Of a stretch of DNA of 64,000 bases, positions 1 to 11,914 are shown one piece after another (the stretch's first letter is position 1; each line of letters begins with the position of its first letter). The translations under genes were made by a program, and so were the position numbers. Under the pieces are notes generated by a model. That model was given only the letters and a program-made list of their open reading frames with translations, searched no databases and had not been told where the DNA came from. The stretch is from Octopus sinensis. Its lineage: Eukaryota. The stretch is taken from assembly GCF_006345805.1 (NCBI RefSeq), contig NC_043004.1, positions 74,400,001 through 74,464,000 of the forward strand, written 5' to 3'.

Positions 1-480
1 TTTAGGACGGTGGACGAAGACGAACAGTCGAACTAAATATGGCCTTGGGGCCACGGAGACAAGAACAGTGGGTAATGCTTATAAAATGTCTTGAAGGTGC
101 AGGAGTAACTGTATGGTGAGAAGCTTGCTTCTCGGCGGTTTGTGATACAATGCCGGCGTGTCTCGAAGTACCTTCCGTGGGAGTTGTGCCACCGAAGGTG
201 GAAACTGTAGATCCTTCCCATGCTGTGGAGGAGGAGTTTGTGGTCTTCTTCCATAAGGGAGGGACAATAGAAAACTTCATTAAGAGGTTTAAAAGGAAAG
301 GCCGAAGGGAGGGGATTCTATCCTGCACGGAGGACCCTGACTGGCCTTCGCAGGTGGCTGCGGAGAGCATATGAGAAACGGATCTGTGCAGGATAATGAA
401 CTCCTTCCCGTCGGGCACTTTTAATTTTGCATTAAAGCGGCGGGACTTGACACCGTCCAGGTGTTTGACCAAGGCAAGAA
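1..480 (-). mobile_element. Degenerate L1/Tx1-like LINE ORF1 fragment (tentative)
   Basis: GC-richer coding-like segment with frameshifted ORFs 2..472 and 33..254; the latter ends in a decayed zinc-knuckle-like '...QGHI'. Runs off the window edge. Confidence 0.35.
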
Positions 481-515
481 GTCTAGTCGGGCAGGAAGAT
501 TTATACTTAATTAAA

Positions 516-666
516 GTAAGAGGCTTAGTGCCTCATTTGTATTGTTTCATTGATTTATAATTGACTTGTGTAAGAGGTTCACTGCCTCACTATGGCTTTC
601 TTGTTCTCAATGCAAAAGGTTTATTGCCTCCTTGATGTCTTACTACGTAAGAGGTTTGTTGCCTCA
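516..666. repeat. Four spaced 20-bp repeats GTAAGAGGNNNNTGCCTCA
   Basis: Copies at 516-535, 570-589, 612-631, 647-666; most have a GAGG..CCTC mini-hairpin; spacers 34, 22 and 15 nt. Confidence 0.7.
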
Positions 667-805
667 ATATGATACTTATAAGAACAATGTACTCAGGTAA
701 ACAACAATCGGTGGGCGTTGCTGTTGCCCTCATTATTATCATATCGTTTACCATTTCATCTCATTATATCCTTGTCCAGCTCGCAACTTCCTTTCTTCGT
801 AAGGC

Positions 806-1190
806 CTTTATGGCCAATTTAATGAATAAAAGAAGCTTGCTTCCCAACCACATGATTCTAAGTCCAATCTCACTGCGGAGAATTTTGGGCAAGTGTCTTC
901 TACTATAACTTCGGGCCGAGCAAAGCTTTGTGAGTGGAGTTGACAGACGGAAACTGAAAGAAGCCCGTCGTATAAACACATATATGTATATATTTGTGTG
1001 TCTGTATTTGTCACCCCACCATCGCTTGGCAACAATGTTCGAGTGTTTACTTCCCCGTAATTTAACGGTTCGGCAAAAGAGACCGATAGAATAAGTACTA
1101 GGCTTACAAAGAATGAGTTTGTTCGGCTAAAGGCGGTGCTCCAGCATGGCTGCAGTCAAAATGACTGAAACGAGTAAAAGAATAAAAGAA
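806..1190 (+). mobile_element. tRNA-derived SINE family A (CORE-like ccttgggcaagtgtcttc)
   Basis: Family consensus ...gcttgcttcccaaccacatggttccgggttcagtcccactgcg...gggcaagtgtcttctactatagcc...ggaaactgaaagaagcccgtcg...gactgaaacaagtaaaagaataaaag. Other copies near 7690-8550(+), 11316-11685(+), 12305-12660(-), 15076-15560(-), 21840-22125(+), 23342-23730(+), 35200-35600(-), 37645-38080(+), 41555-41965(-), 42830-43690(-), 56790-57192(-), 58445-58840(-). Confidence 0.9.
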
Positions 1191-1386
1191 TATATATCAC
1201 TCAACTCAAATAAAATATTTTATTAAGCTCTACTATGTTATTGAGTAATATTTTTTCCGATAGTGTACATATTGTATACGTATACGTATACGTGTACATA
1301 TATCTTATCTATCGATACATACATATATGTGTTTGTATGTGTGCGTGTGTACATACATACTTATACATACACACACACACACGCGC

Positions 1387-1425
<39 letters not shown>

Positions 1426-1431
1426 TGTGTG

Positions 1432-1464
<33 letters not shown>

Positions 1465-1465
1465 G

Positions 1466-1525
<60 letters not shown>

Positions 1526-1572
1526 CATTTGAGAATCCGATTCGAAATTTCTAGGACTGAACATGTTGTAAG

Positions 1573-3974
1573 TAGGGGTTGTAAAAAATTAATTGATGAA
1601 AAATTAATCGCATTATATTGGTCTAATTAATTTATTGGAGTCGTACTGCCAATTAAAACAATTGATTGCTATCATATCAATTAATTGCAATTAATTACAG
1701 TTAATTGCAACATTGTCAGCGAAAGTTTTTCAAATGGCTCACACTTCATTCGACGTTCAATTGGCAAATACAGCGTTCTGTTATTATTTGAGGAATTGTG
1801 TTGGCGCTTTGTTCTGGCTGCTGAGAATGATTCATACATTTTGTCGTGCTTAGGAATTGGCTATTTTGTATGTTGTCAAATAATCGCTGCCGAGTGATTC
1901 TTGGTTCTGACTGTCGAGAATGATTCACACATTCCGTCTTCAAGTCATTAAATCCTAACTTCGCCTGCAACGCGGTTGTATTTTGAATTCCGCTCCAGCA
2001 TATTAACTGAATCAGATTTTCATCAGCGGAGTGGCGAAGTATATACTATTTGAAACTGTGGCGAAATATCTTTTATTTTAAAGTAACCCATGCCGCGTGA
2101 AAACGAGCAAGTTCTCAGAAAATATTTTAACTAGACAATGAACATATATGGAAATGCAAGTGCGGAAAAAAGTTGACCCAGAAAAAAGTAACTGAATGAA
2201 CAAATCTTCTGTATCATATACAAAAAAAACAGCAACCAGAGTATTCTACTACACAAGCAACTGGACAACCATCTTTATTGAGTTTTCTTTCACCAAGAAT
2301 TAGTTTGGTCAGTCGCTCGGTTTTAAATGTTTATGGTGGTTTGAGAGGGTATGTGTTGGTTTAAAACCATTTTATTTTATTGAAGACCCACTGACTCGTA
2401 AGTGCACAAACTTGGAAAGTATGACAAATGTGAACTTAAAGAAATACATGGGGAAACTTACTCAAGAAGTGGAAAAGAAAATATCTGATGAACTTCCAGG
2501 TAAATTTTCGTTAGTAATCGACGGTTGGACTAAGGGCTCGACGCATTTCATTGGACTTCTGGCATCTTCTTCGTGCAATTATCAAAATGATTATTGCACT
2601 ATTTTGCTGGCATTTTCGCCAATGGTAAATGAAACATCGTTCACTACTTCTGATTATGTCGTGTATGTGTTAAGTTTCTATAACAAAAATTAAGAAAATG
2701 TAGCTATTACTGGAGGTAATACTGAAGTGAAAAAACCTATAGCGAATTTGTGTAGAATAACATTGATTGGATGTGCCTCTCATAAATTCAATCTAGTTGT
2801 TTCTGCTTATTCTAGACAAGCAGGAAGTTCTGTATGATAAGATTAAAACGTTGATGGGTAAGCAAAAATCATTAAAACTTGCGAGTAAACCTCGGGAAAA
2901 AACGTCTTTGCAACATGACATGATTGAGAGGTACATCTAACTCAAGCTATTTTTAGAATCTTTTCAGGCGATCCAAAGCTGGTTGAGTATCTGCTGTCTC
3001 CATGCGATCATAATGATCTGCAGACTCTAAAAGACAATTTCGGAAAGTTACGCTCAGTAACAGTCGCCTTGCAAAGAACAGAAATAGAATTGGGAGCTGC
3101 TCGAATTCTTTTTTACGAAATTCTCGCATTGTATCCTTACGAGGATTTTTAAAAATATTTGCTTCCATCGGCAGCCATTGTGCACAGCCCAAATTTTGAA
3201 AGTGGAGTTGTGAAAATTTTACAAAATGCCGAAGTAGAGCTACCTGCGGATGAAGTGGCTGCTGCTCTACATCAGCTGAAAGGGGTGACAGTCGCGTCGC
3301 AACAGTCTGATTTTTCTGTAGAAGATGATGACTTTGCTTCAACTTGTTTGAAAAAAACACAAAAAAGATAAAATTTCATTTCAGCAATATCTGAACTGTA
3401 GATTTTTGTTACCAATGTCCAACATCTTGGAACATTTCTTCAGCTCAGCAGGTTACGCTTTTAATGATTTTTCGGCAATAATTAACGCCAATGAATTTAG
3501 AAAAGCAATTATTTCTAAACGTCAATCGCGCTTTCTGGGATGAAGGACTAGTTTCAAAAATCTGAAATCGTTCGTGACCTTTTGCTATATTAGAACATTT
3601 TAAATGTGTTACTCCTTTGAGAAACTCTTTCAATTATAGGCTTTCAATTTATTTGTTTTTCAACTTCTGTACAATGTAGAGTATAATGTTGTTTGTTTCC
3701 TATTCTAAATCAATAAAATTGATCTTTGAACGTTTTCTGATAATCATGTTTTTTTAAACTATAAGACGTGCCTTTTATTTTCTTATCATTTTGGTTCTTA
3801 TCTAAATCGAAGCTAACACTCCAAAATATATGATGTTTTTACGTTCAGTAAAATAACTGACAATTAATTGCAACAAATTGCAATAATTGATTGGCCTGTA
3901 TTCCAATTAAAATCAATTGATTGCTAAGAAAATAATTGATTGAGAAGGTTCCAATCAATTATTTACAACTCCTG
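1573..3974 (+). mobile_element. hAT DNA transposon, near full length, with pseudogenised transposase (~2090-3565)
   Basis: Imperfect TIRs taggggttgtaaaaaattaattga and tcaattatttacaactcctg, with subterminal caattaattg repeats. Motifs: WKCKCGK (BED-like), FSLVIDGW (first catalytic D), LIGCASHKFNL (CxxH), and an LLPMSNILEHFFSSAG...LFLNVNRAFW dimerisation domain. Several stops and frameshifts. Confidence 0.88.
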
Positions 3975-4432
3975 GATTTTTCAGATTTCAGAATATATTT
4001 ATATTTGCATCTATAAAATGGAACAGCCTGGAGATGGAACCGAAGTCTAAACACATTATACATTTACATTTCATAAAATAGATTATATTCTAAATGTACT
4101 TATACATAGATTTTTTAATAATTTTTTAAATACATTATACCAGCTGAAGGGTATGATATCAGTCCCCAACTAGGATATCATGGTTCGATTGATAGGTTTC
4201 TGTGCACGTACCCCATTTGTATTTTGGTTTTTACAAAACAGGTATTTTATGTAAGGTAAGTATTGAACATGATTACAAGTTAATAAAAAGAAAGCTGTTA
4301 AGAGTCAGCATTTCATTGTTAAAGTATTTTGTAAATAATGACAATTGTCATGTTGCACTCATACATAGATGATCTCACGTTTTGTGCTTACATTGAAGAA
4401 GAAATGAAAATCTCGATCGTGTGTGTACTGAC

Positions 4433-4729
4433 GAGGGCCAGATCAAGGTACTGGCAACTCGGGCAATAGCCTGAGGCACCATGTGCTAGTGAGCGCCAAG
4501 GAGGGCGTGACAAAGACAAGGAAAACTTACGTTCATGCAACTGCAAGTCTAGATGGGGAGACCGGGGTAGTCCGCTTCGGGTAGCGCTTTTATGGGGGGG
4601 GGGGGGGGGGTGACTGTTTACAAAAACGGAATATTCCACAAAGTATTGCGAAGGTTCCATGTTGTACATGTGCATACTGTTATGACACAAGGGCTGCCCC
4701 GGGCGGCACACGCTCTAGCTACACCACTG
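4433..4729 (-). mobile_element. GC-rich non-autonomous DNA element (cagtggtgtagctag terminus, hAT-like)
   Basis: Terminus ctagctacaccactg; related termini cagtggcgtaactag at 18678-18825 and cagtggcctagcta at ~12001-12222. Confidence 0.5.
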
Positions 4730-5517
4730 ACCAGTCCTTTTTTCAATGAATCTTGCTCAGCTCTGCACATAGATGTCAAGAAACATGGTCAACCTTCATG
4801 GACGAAGATAATATAAATAAAACCTTTACTGATGTTTACTGTCCGTGGTCTGTGGATTGAGTACAAGGATTACTCCAGTATCGTTTAGCACCAGAGGCTG
4901 CCCTGGTCTAGCAGGCTTATGGTAAAACACATGGTAGTCGTGACCAGTTTGTCTTTTTATAACTTCTTATATCAGACTACATTGTATCTCAGAAGGGTCA
5001 TTGTGCCACTGATAAATTCACGTACTGTTTCTATTTCACTTCTTTATCATTCGGCAGATGGTTAACTATTTAACCAATCAACCAATCGATTGATTGCTTA
5101 ATCATCAAGTTAATCACTTAATCAGTCATGTTTGCCAAAGTTGTTTTGTTGCCATTCACGACATCTTTAGTGACATAACCTCTCTACTTCAAGTCAGCTT
5201 AAGGTATGTCCGCCTATCTTTCCCTAAATGTTGGGGGCCTATATTTATATAGCTGTATAGATGTGAGAGAGAGAGGGAAATCAAGTAATGAGAGAGAGAG
5301 AGACAGACAGACAGAGACAGAGACAGAGTTTGTTAACCAAATGCAAAAACGAAATTACATCAGTCTACATAATCAAATATATCCTTTATTTTTAATACAA
5401 CAGAGTATAGTTTGAGAGAAATTTAGTCGCTATTTTCAACATGCCGTATGATCACATCACGTAGGAGTTCTCACATGGGTCAGAAAATCAGGATGTCTTG
5501 TATTACCTGTTTGCAAT

Positions 5518-6109
5518 TGTAGTGATTCTATATAACGGTGCGCGCACGCGCACCGTCCATTTCTATTTCGCGCGTGCGGTGTTGGTGCCTTCACCAAGGC
5601 AGAGAGGAAGGGCCCTCTCGCGCATGCGCGAAGCACCGGAAGAAGGACCTTTTTGCCTACGTGGCAGTTAGCCGAGGCAGGGGGATCGTAGGACGTTGAC
5701 CACTAGCGTCCAGCAGCAGTCATTGACTTGAGACAAAGCGACTGAAGGCAACGGACGTATATTTTCTCGCTGTCCACTTTTGATAGCAGTCGGCCGAAGG
5801 CTTTAACCAAATTGTTGCAGACAACATCATCTTCCTCTTTCCGGACGCCATCTTTGACCAGTGTCGTTAGCATTTGAACACTGTAGATTCTACAGCGATA
5901 TAGTTTAGCTCTGACACATCTATACCAAAGGGATACCCAGATATACCACTTATCTGTTACTGTCATAAGAGAATAAAGTAGATATATATTATTTACGTCT
6001 GCGTCTTGTTGTTTCTGACTGGTAGAGAATTTGGATTATTAAAGCAACGGAAAGTGATTGCTTCTCGCACCCCCAAAAGGTCCAGAGAAGATAACCACAA
6101 GTCGTTACA
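5518..6109 (+). mobile_element. Solo LTR of a Ty3/Gypsy-type retrotransposon
   Basis: Starts TGTAGTGA and ends TCGTTACA; 4-bp TSD CAAT at 5514-5517 and 6110-6113; CpG-rich U3-like region and AATAAA at ~5972. Confidence 0.8.
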
Positions 6110-6287
6110 CAATTATATAAAGGGATTTTGGTATTATATCCATCTTGAAATTGTATATTTTAAAATAAAAATGAGATATGAAATGTGGTTTGACAAGCAG
6201 ATAAACAAGCAGTTTTTGAAAATCATATATATAGACACACACAGACACCACACACACATATACATACATAAATACATACATACATAG

Positions 6288-6415
6288 GGAGAGTTCACAA
6301 AAAAAAGACGAAGGCAGGTGGTGTACAAAACAAACAGATGTATTAGTATAACGCTCAGGAATAGAAAGTCTTTTACGTTTCGGCCTACGCTCTTCTACAG
6401 AAAGGGACACAGAAA
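6288..6415 (-). mobile_element. Penelope-like terminal repeat fragment with hammerhead-like motif (6370-6404)
   Basis: Minus strand reads cttt-CTGTAGA-a-gagcgtaggcc-GAAAC-GTA-aaag; a decayed second copy lies at 39067-39215 (+). Confidence 0.55.
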
Positions 6416-6577
6416 AAAAAAATGTGTGTAAGCACATCCAACCTAACTTGGATGTGTTTGTGACGCCTAGGACTGCGTCATATGTCCTGAGAAATTATCT
6501 CGTGTAGATGGCTAAAAATGCACTGATTATGTCAGTTGGGATTTCATCAGCTCCGGCAGACGGCAATGTTGAATTAC

Positions 6578-6855
6578 GAGTATGTATGTGTGTATATATG
6601 TATGTATGTATGTATGTATGTGTGTGCGTGTATATATGTGTGTGTGTATGTATGTATGTATGTGTGTGCGTGTATATGTGTGTGTGTGTGTATGTATGTA
6701 TGTGTGTGCGTGTATATATGTTGTGTGTGTTGTATGTATGTATGTATGTATGCATGTATGCATGTATGTATGCATGTACGTATATATGTATGTATGCATG
6801 TATGTATTATGTATGTATGTATGTATGTATGTATGTATGTATGTATGCATGCATG

Positions 6856-6926
<71 letters not shown>

Positions 6927-6958
6927 GTACTTATGTATCTATCTATGCATGTATGTAC
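6578..6958. repeat. Compound microsatellite (TATG)n/(TG)n/(TATC)n
   Basis: Seen directly. Similar arrays at 1320-1520, 7850-8412, 10030-10335, 14910-15075, 33510-34245, 46720-46830, 47189-47345. Confidence 0.95.
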
Positions 6959-7174
6959 GTTGAGTTCCCATACAGTTTCTGTCAACCAAATTGACTCACA
7001 TGCCGTTGGTCGGCCAGAGACTATAGTAGCCCAAGGTGCCGTGCAGTGCGACTGAACTTGAAGGCATGTAACTACAAAGCCAGTTTCTAAACCACTTTTT
7101 AAATATTTGTTTTATCACATATTGCTATATTTCGGAATGGTCATTTTTTAATTAATTATTTTTTTGCCTTGTAA

Positions 7175-7640
7175 ACTCGTTCTTTACTCCAGATTTATTT
7201 CAGTATCATTCATGTGTTACGTCTTATGTTAGGAAACCTTTCGTTACACGCCCTGTGACCTCTTCAGCGACTCTCCATCCCACATGTCTCTTCCAGTTTA
7301 TCTTTCTATCATGTCTAGCTTTATCTCCGCATGACTTTTGCGTCTACATCTCTGTGTGTGTCTGTGTGTGCGTGCATGTGTATATTCACACATACAAAAC
7401 ACATAAACATGAGCAGGCACGCACGCACGCACGCACACACACACTCACAGATACAGACACAAATGCTTGCGCAGATAAAGATACACACCACAGAAAAACA
7501 AAATGGACTAAACCGGAAAAGAGGAGACGCGTGGGATGGATGGTCGCTGAAGAGGTCACAGGGCGTGGGACGAAAGATTTCCAGACATAAGACATGAAAT
7601 CAGAACGATATTAAAATAAATCTGAAGTGAAAAACGAATA
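7175..7640. repeat. Diverged inverted repeat (~125-bp arms), each arm with a hammerhead-like core and AATAAA (Penelope pLTR-like)
   Basis: Left arm ~7175-7300 (-), right arm ~7510-7640 (+); cores gtcg-CTGAAGA-g-gtcacagggcgtg(t/g)(a/g)ac-GAAA at 7228-7271 and 7543-7586. Confidence 0.7.
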
Positions 7641-8094
7641 TATAGTGCGTGTGCTTATATGGCAAAAATGAAAAAAAAATGATCAAATAGGTGCAGGAGT
7701 GGCTGTGGGGTAAGAAACTTGCTTCCCAACCACATAGTTCTGGGTTCAGTCTCACTGCGTGACACCTTAGGCAAGTGTTTTCTACTATAACCTCAGGCCA
7801 GCTAGAGCCTTGTGAGTGGATTTGGTAGACGGAAACTGAAAGAAGCCTGCCATATATATGTATATATATAAATATGTGCGTGTGTGTGTGTATGTAAGCA
7901 TGCATGTATGTATATATGTATGCATGTATGTATATATGTATGCATGTATGTATGTATGTATGTATGCATGTATGCATGTATGTATGTATATATGTATGTA
8001 TGCATGTATGTATGTATATATGTATGCATGTATGTATGTATGTATGTATGTATGCATGTATGTATGTATGTATGTATGTATGTATGCATGTATG

Positions 8095-8126
<32 letters not shown>

Positions 8127-10243
8127 CATGTATGTATGTATGCATGCATGTATATATGTATGCATGTATGTATATATGTATGTATGTATGTATATATGTA
8201 TGTATGTATGTATGCATGTATGTATGTATATATGTATGTATGCATGTATGTATGTATATATGTATGCATGTATGTATGTATGTATGTATATATGTATATA
8301 TGAATGAATGCATGTGTGTGTATGTATGTGTGTGTGTATGTATGTGTGTATGTATGTATGTATGTATGTATGTATGTATGTATGTATGTATGTATGTATG
8401 CATGTATGTATGTGTTGGTGTGTTTTCGGTTTAAGAGACCGAGAGAATAAGAACTAAACTTCCAAAAAAGTCCTAGGATTGATTTGTTCGACTAAAGGCG
8501 GTGCTCCAGTATGGCCGCAGTCAAGTGGCTGAAGCAAATGAAAAGAAGGGGAAAAAAAGAAAAAGCAATATCTGATTCAACGCACGGTTTCACATCAGGA
8601 ATCTTGCAAACGAAATACATAAACGTAGTTTATATATATAAAACGTTGCTGTTTATCTTTCGTAGGAGCCTTCATACGAAATGCCATTACATAAAAGTCT
8701 GTGAGGAATATCAGAAGTTTTCACAAAGGGACCCTTGTAAGCCTGCATCTAAAACTCACGTATTATGATCCTCTCAGGCCTCCATACACTAGCTATACCC
8801 TGCCTACTTATTACTACTAGCAGTCAAAGCGACCGCACAGGACGGACGAACATCTGGGCAGGACTTTTGCTTTTTGTTTGTTTGTTTTTTCATCTCCAAC
8901 ATTTGCCACGTATCCATCTGTTCGCAACTATATCAGCTTTCCTGTTGCTAACGACAAACAACATAACTTTTACCGGTATTTATATCCAGAATAATTAAAC
9001 AACAATTTATTAATTTATTAGCGGCATTATATCAACAAACATTGTTTTAGTATCCAAACTTTTGCCGTCGCACATTTAATCTGAATCTAGATGTTACATT
9101 CCGTACACGATTTCGTCATCAATATATTGATTTTTAGAAATTTATTTTAGAGACAAATACGTATATATAAATATACATGTGTATATATATACCTAAAGTA
9201 CATAGAAGTGTATGTCTCATCACTGATACTTCAACTTCTGCACTTCTGATTTAAATAAGAAAAGCTTTTTGTAGTTGGGAAGTGTTTACATTGTGAGTGA
9301 GTGCTTGTTTTAATTACGTAAAGTTTCTAATTATGGTATTACTTATCACTCCAAACTAAAAGAAGGAAGTAAAGAAAGATATGACATAGAGCCGAACACG
9401 AAAGGAATAATCGCACCAAACTTTAAAAACCAACATATATAGTAACAACAAAAACAAGCACCACCATTACTACTACTATTACAACCACTTCCGACTCTGA
9501 CCATATTAACTTCTGTTACTACTATTATAAGAAGTCTCTCACGGTTAAAAAAAAAGTACAGCAGTAATAAGATTAAGGAACCACAGCGAAGGGGACAATA
9601 GAAAATAAAAAAGAAAAGATAAAGAAAGAGAGAGAGAGACGAATTTCTCAAATTTTATAATTCTTTAATCGCTGTTTTTGTGTGTTGTACGAGGAAGCAA
9701 GGAATTTTACCATAATTAGCGCCGTCTTTCTGTGTTTTTATTTATATCGCTTCTAAACAGTTGTGATTTTTATCTCTTGTTTATATAAATATCTCGTGAA
9801 CTAACCAACACTAGCGAAAGATTGTTTTGAAAAAGATTTAATTTATCGGTTGTTTACAAATATTAATTGGTATTAATAACTGAAAGATGAGTTTTGGATC
9901 TTCAATTTAGGTGAGTTTGCAAATTTTATATACGCGCGCGCACACGTACACATATAAATATATGTATATATGTATTTCTTCTAATTTCTCTTTCCTCTCT
10001 TTCTCTTTCTCTCTATCTTTCTATTTTATCCATCTGTCTAGACACCTATCTATCTATCTATCTATGTCTGTCTATCTGCCTGTCCGTCCGTCTGTCTATC
10101 TATCTATCTGTCTGTCTGTCTATTTGTCTATCTATCTGTCTGTCTATCTATCTATCTATCTATTTGTCTGTCTGTCTATCTATCTATTTATCTATCTATC
10201 TGTCTGTCTGTCTATTTATCTATCTATCTGTCTGTCTGTCTCT

Positions 10244-10289
<46 letters not shown>

Positions 10290-11701
10290 ATTTGTGTGTC
10301 TGTCTGTCTGTCTATCTATCTGTCTGTCTTCTGTCTTTCGGTCTGTTATATTTGTAAGTTTGTTGTCAAAGAAACTTATAACTTTTAGGCAAAAGTGCTT
10401 TGAGGAAACTGGTCCTCAGTAACAGACCTGTGAGCTAAAACATTCCTGCCGTGACCATCCCGTTTTTTTTGTTGTTTTTTTTTACATTGTACATCTAGGA
10501 CTAAGTTATTCAACATCCTTTTCAATAACAGAAGGTTATTTAATGTAGATTTGGTTGTCAAACAAGGCAGAAGCAGGTCAAACGGTTTAATTACCTCGTT
10601 GGCACGTGTAGTTACGGAAGTAGTAGTAGTAGTAGGAGGGGTGGGGGTGACGCTCCCATATTTTCCCTCAAGGGAATACAATTCAAGCAAACAGACGTAT
10701 AATCTACGGCGTTTCAGCTTTGGCCATCCCGACGCGTTTTCTCATCACAAAAGAAGAGAGAAACTCAAAGAGAGGGCTACTGGTATGCATAAACCAAGAT
10801 GGCAAAGTCCCCCCCCCACACACACACACCCATACAGCAACCCTCTTAAATAATATCCATAAAAATATACAATGATTATGCATTAGAAAACCGAGTGCAG
10901 AAGGCTGTTGTTTCTGTTGATATGAGACTGCAGACAGCTAACTGTTGCTTATGCACGGATACACAGCTAGGAAGACCAATTGTACATGTCGATTCTAAAT
11001 TCATTCCGTCGCCGAACCTTTTATAGGATTTCCTAAAAGTCGCGGTACTCATTCTTATATTTTATGGATGCCGCCTTAAAGAATGGGCACACTGCGCAGT
11101 TGTCGAGGTGGGCACAGATAGAGGGGCACGATATTGATCTCGATACTTTGTGTATGCTGTAAATCAGTGGATCTCAACCAAATTTTTTTTTTCCTGTGGA
11201 CCCCTTTCGTTCCTGTTTTTCTCAGATGGATCCTCATGACCATTCAGTGTTAAAAAAATTCCAGTATATTTTCATAATTAAATATTATGAAGAATTATAT
11301 TTGAAAAAATGTTTGGTGCAGGAGTGGCTATGTAGTAAAAAGCTTGCTTCCCAACCACATGGTTCCGGGTTCAGTCCCACTGATTTGCACTTTGGGCAAG
11401 TGTCTTCCACTATAACCTCGGGCCGACCAAAGCCTTGTGAGTGGATTTGGTGGACGGAAACTGAAAGAAGCCCGTCGTATATGTGTGTGTGTGTGTGTGT
11501 CCACTATCGCTTGAGAACCGATGGTGGTGTGTTTACGTCCCCGTAAATTAGCTGTTCGGCAAAAGATACCTATAGAATAAGTACTGGGTTTACAAAGAAT
11601 AGGTCCCGAGGTCGATTTGTTCGACTAAAGGCGGTGCTCCAGCGTGGCCGCAGTCAAATGACTGTAACAAGTAAAAGAATAAAAGATCTATAACCAATTT
11701 A

Positions 11702-11914
11702 CATTTCACGGATATTTGTCCTCATCTTGTTTGTTGTTAACACAACGTTTCAGCTGATATACTCTCCAGCCTTCTTCAGGTGTCCTAGGGAAATTTCGAA
11801 CTTGGGTTCTCTTTCCTAAGATATGTTTCGATTCTATTATTATTTTTCAGGTCACTGCCTGGAATCGAACTCTGAATCTGGGGTTAGCAGCCCGCACTCT
11901 TAACCACTACGCTA
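11702..11914 (-). mobile_element. tRNA-headed SINE containing a minimal hammerhead ribozyme
   Basis: 13-bp TSD tataaccaattta at 11689-11701 and 11915-11927; A box TAGCGTAGTGG, B box GTTCGATTCC; hammerhead at 11739-11784. Confidence 0.85.
11739..11784 (-). ncRNA. Type I minimal hammerhead ribozyme (Penelope type)
   Basis: gacac-CTGAAGA-a-ggctg[gagagtatat]cagct-GAAAC-GTT-gtgtt: 5-bp stem I, 5-bp stem II, palindromic AACGTT stem III, predicted GUU cleavage triplet. Confidence 0.7.

Noticed and set aside
516-666. CRISPR array
   Set aside because: Eukaryotic context, degenerate repeats, unequal spacers and no cas genes.
4140-4200. Hammerhead at ctgaagggtatgatatc...gatatcatggttcgatt (and ctgacga at ~4428)
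   Set aside because: A hairpin is present but the GAAA half of the core is missing in both.
5535-5970. Host CpG-island promoter, or known ncRNA (telomerase RNA, 7SK, RNase P/MRP)
   Set aside because: No template or conserved-region motifs found; TG..CA ends with a 4-bp TSD explain it as a solo LTR.
6495-8434. Long ORFs of YVCM/HTYI/LSIY type (also 1235-1564, 9911-10388, 33439-34258, 47104-47427)
   Set aside because: They are translations of microsatellites that lack stop codons.
11850-11914. Functional tRNA gene
   Set aside because: The 5' acceptor strand is missing and the sequence is fused to a SINE body inside a TSD.
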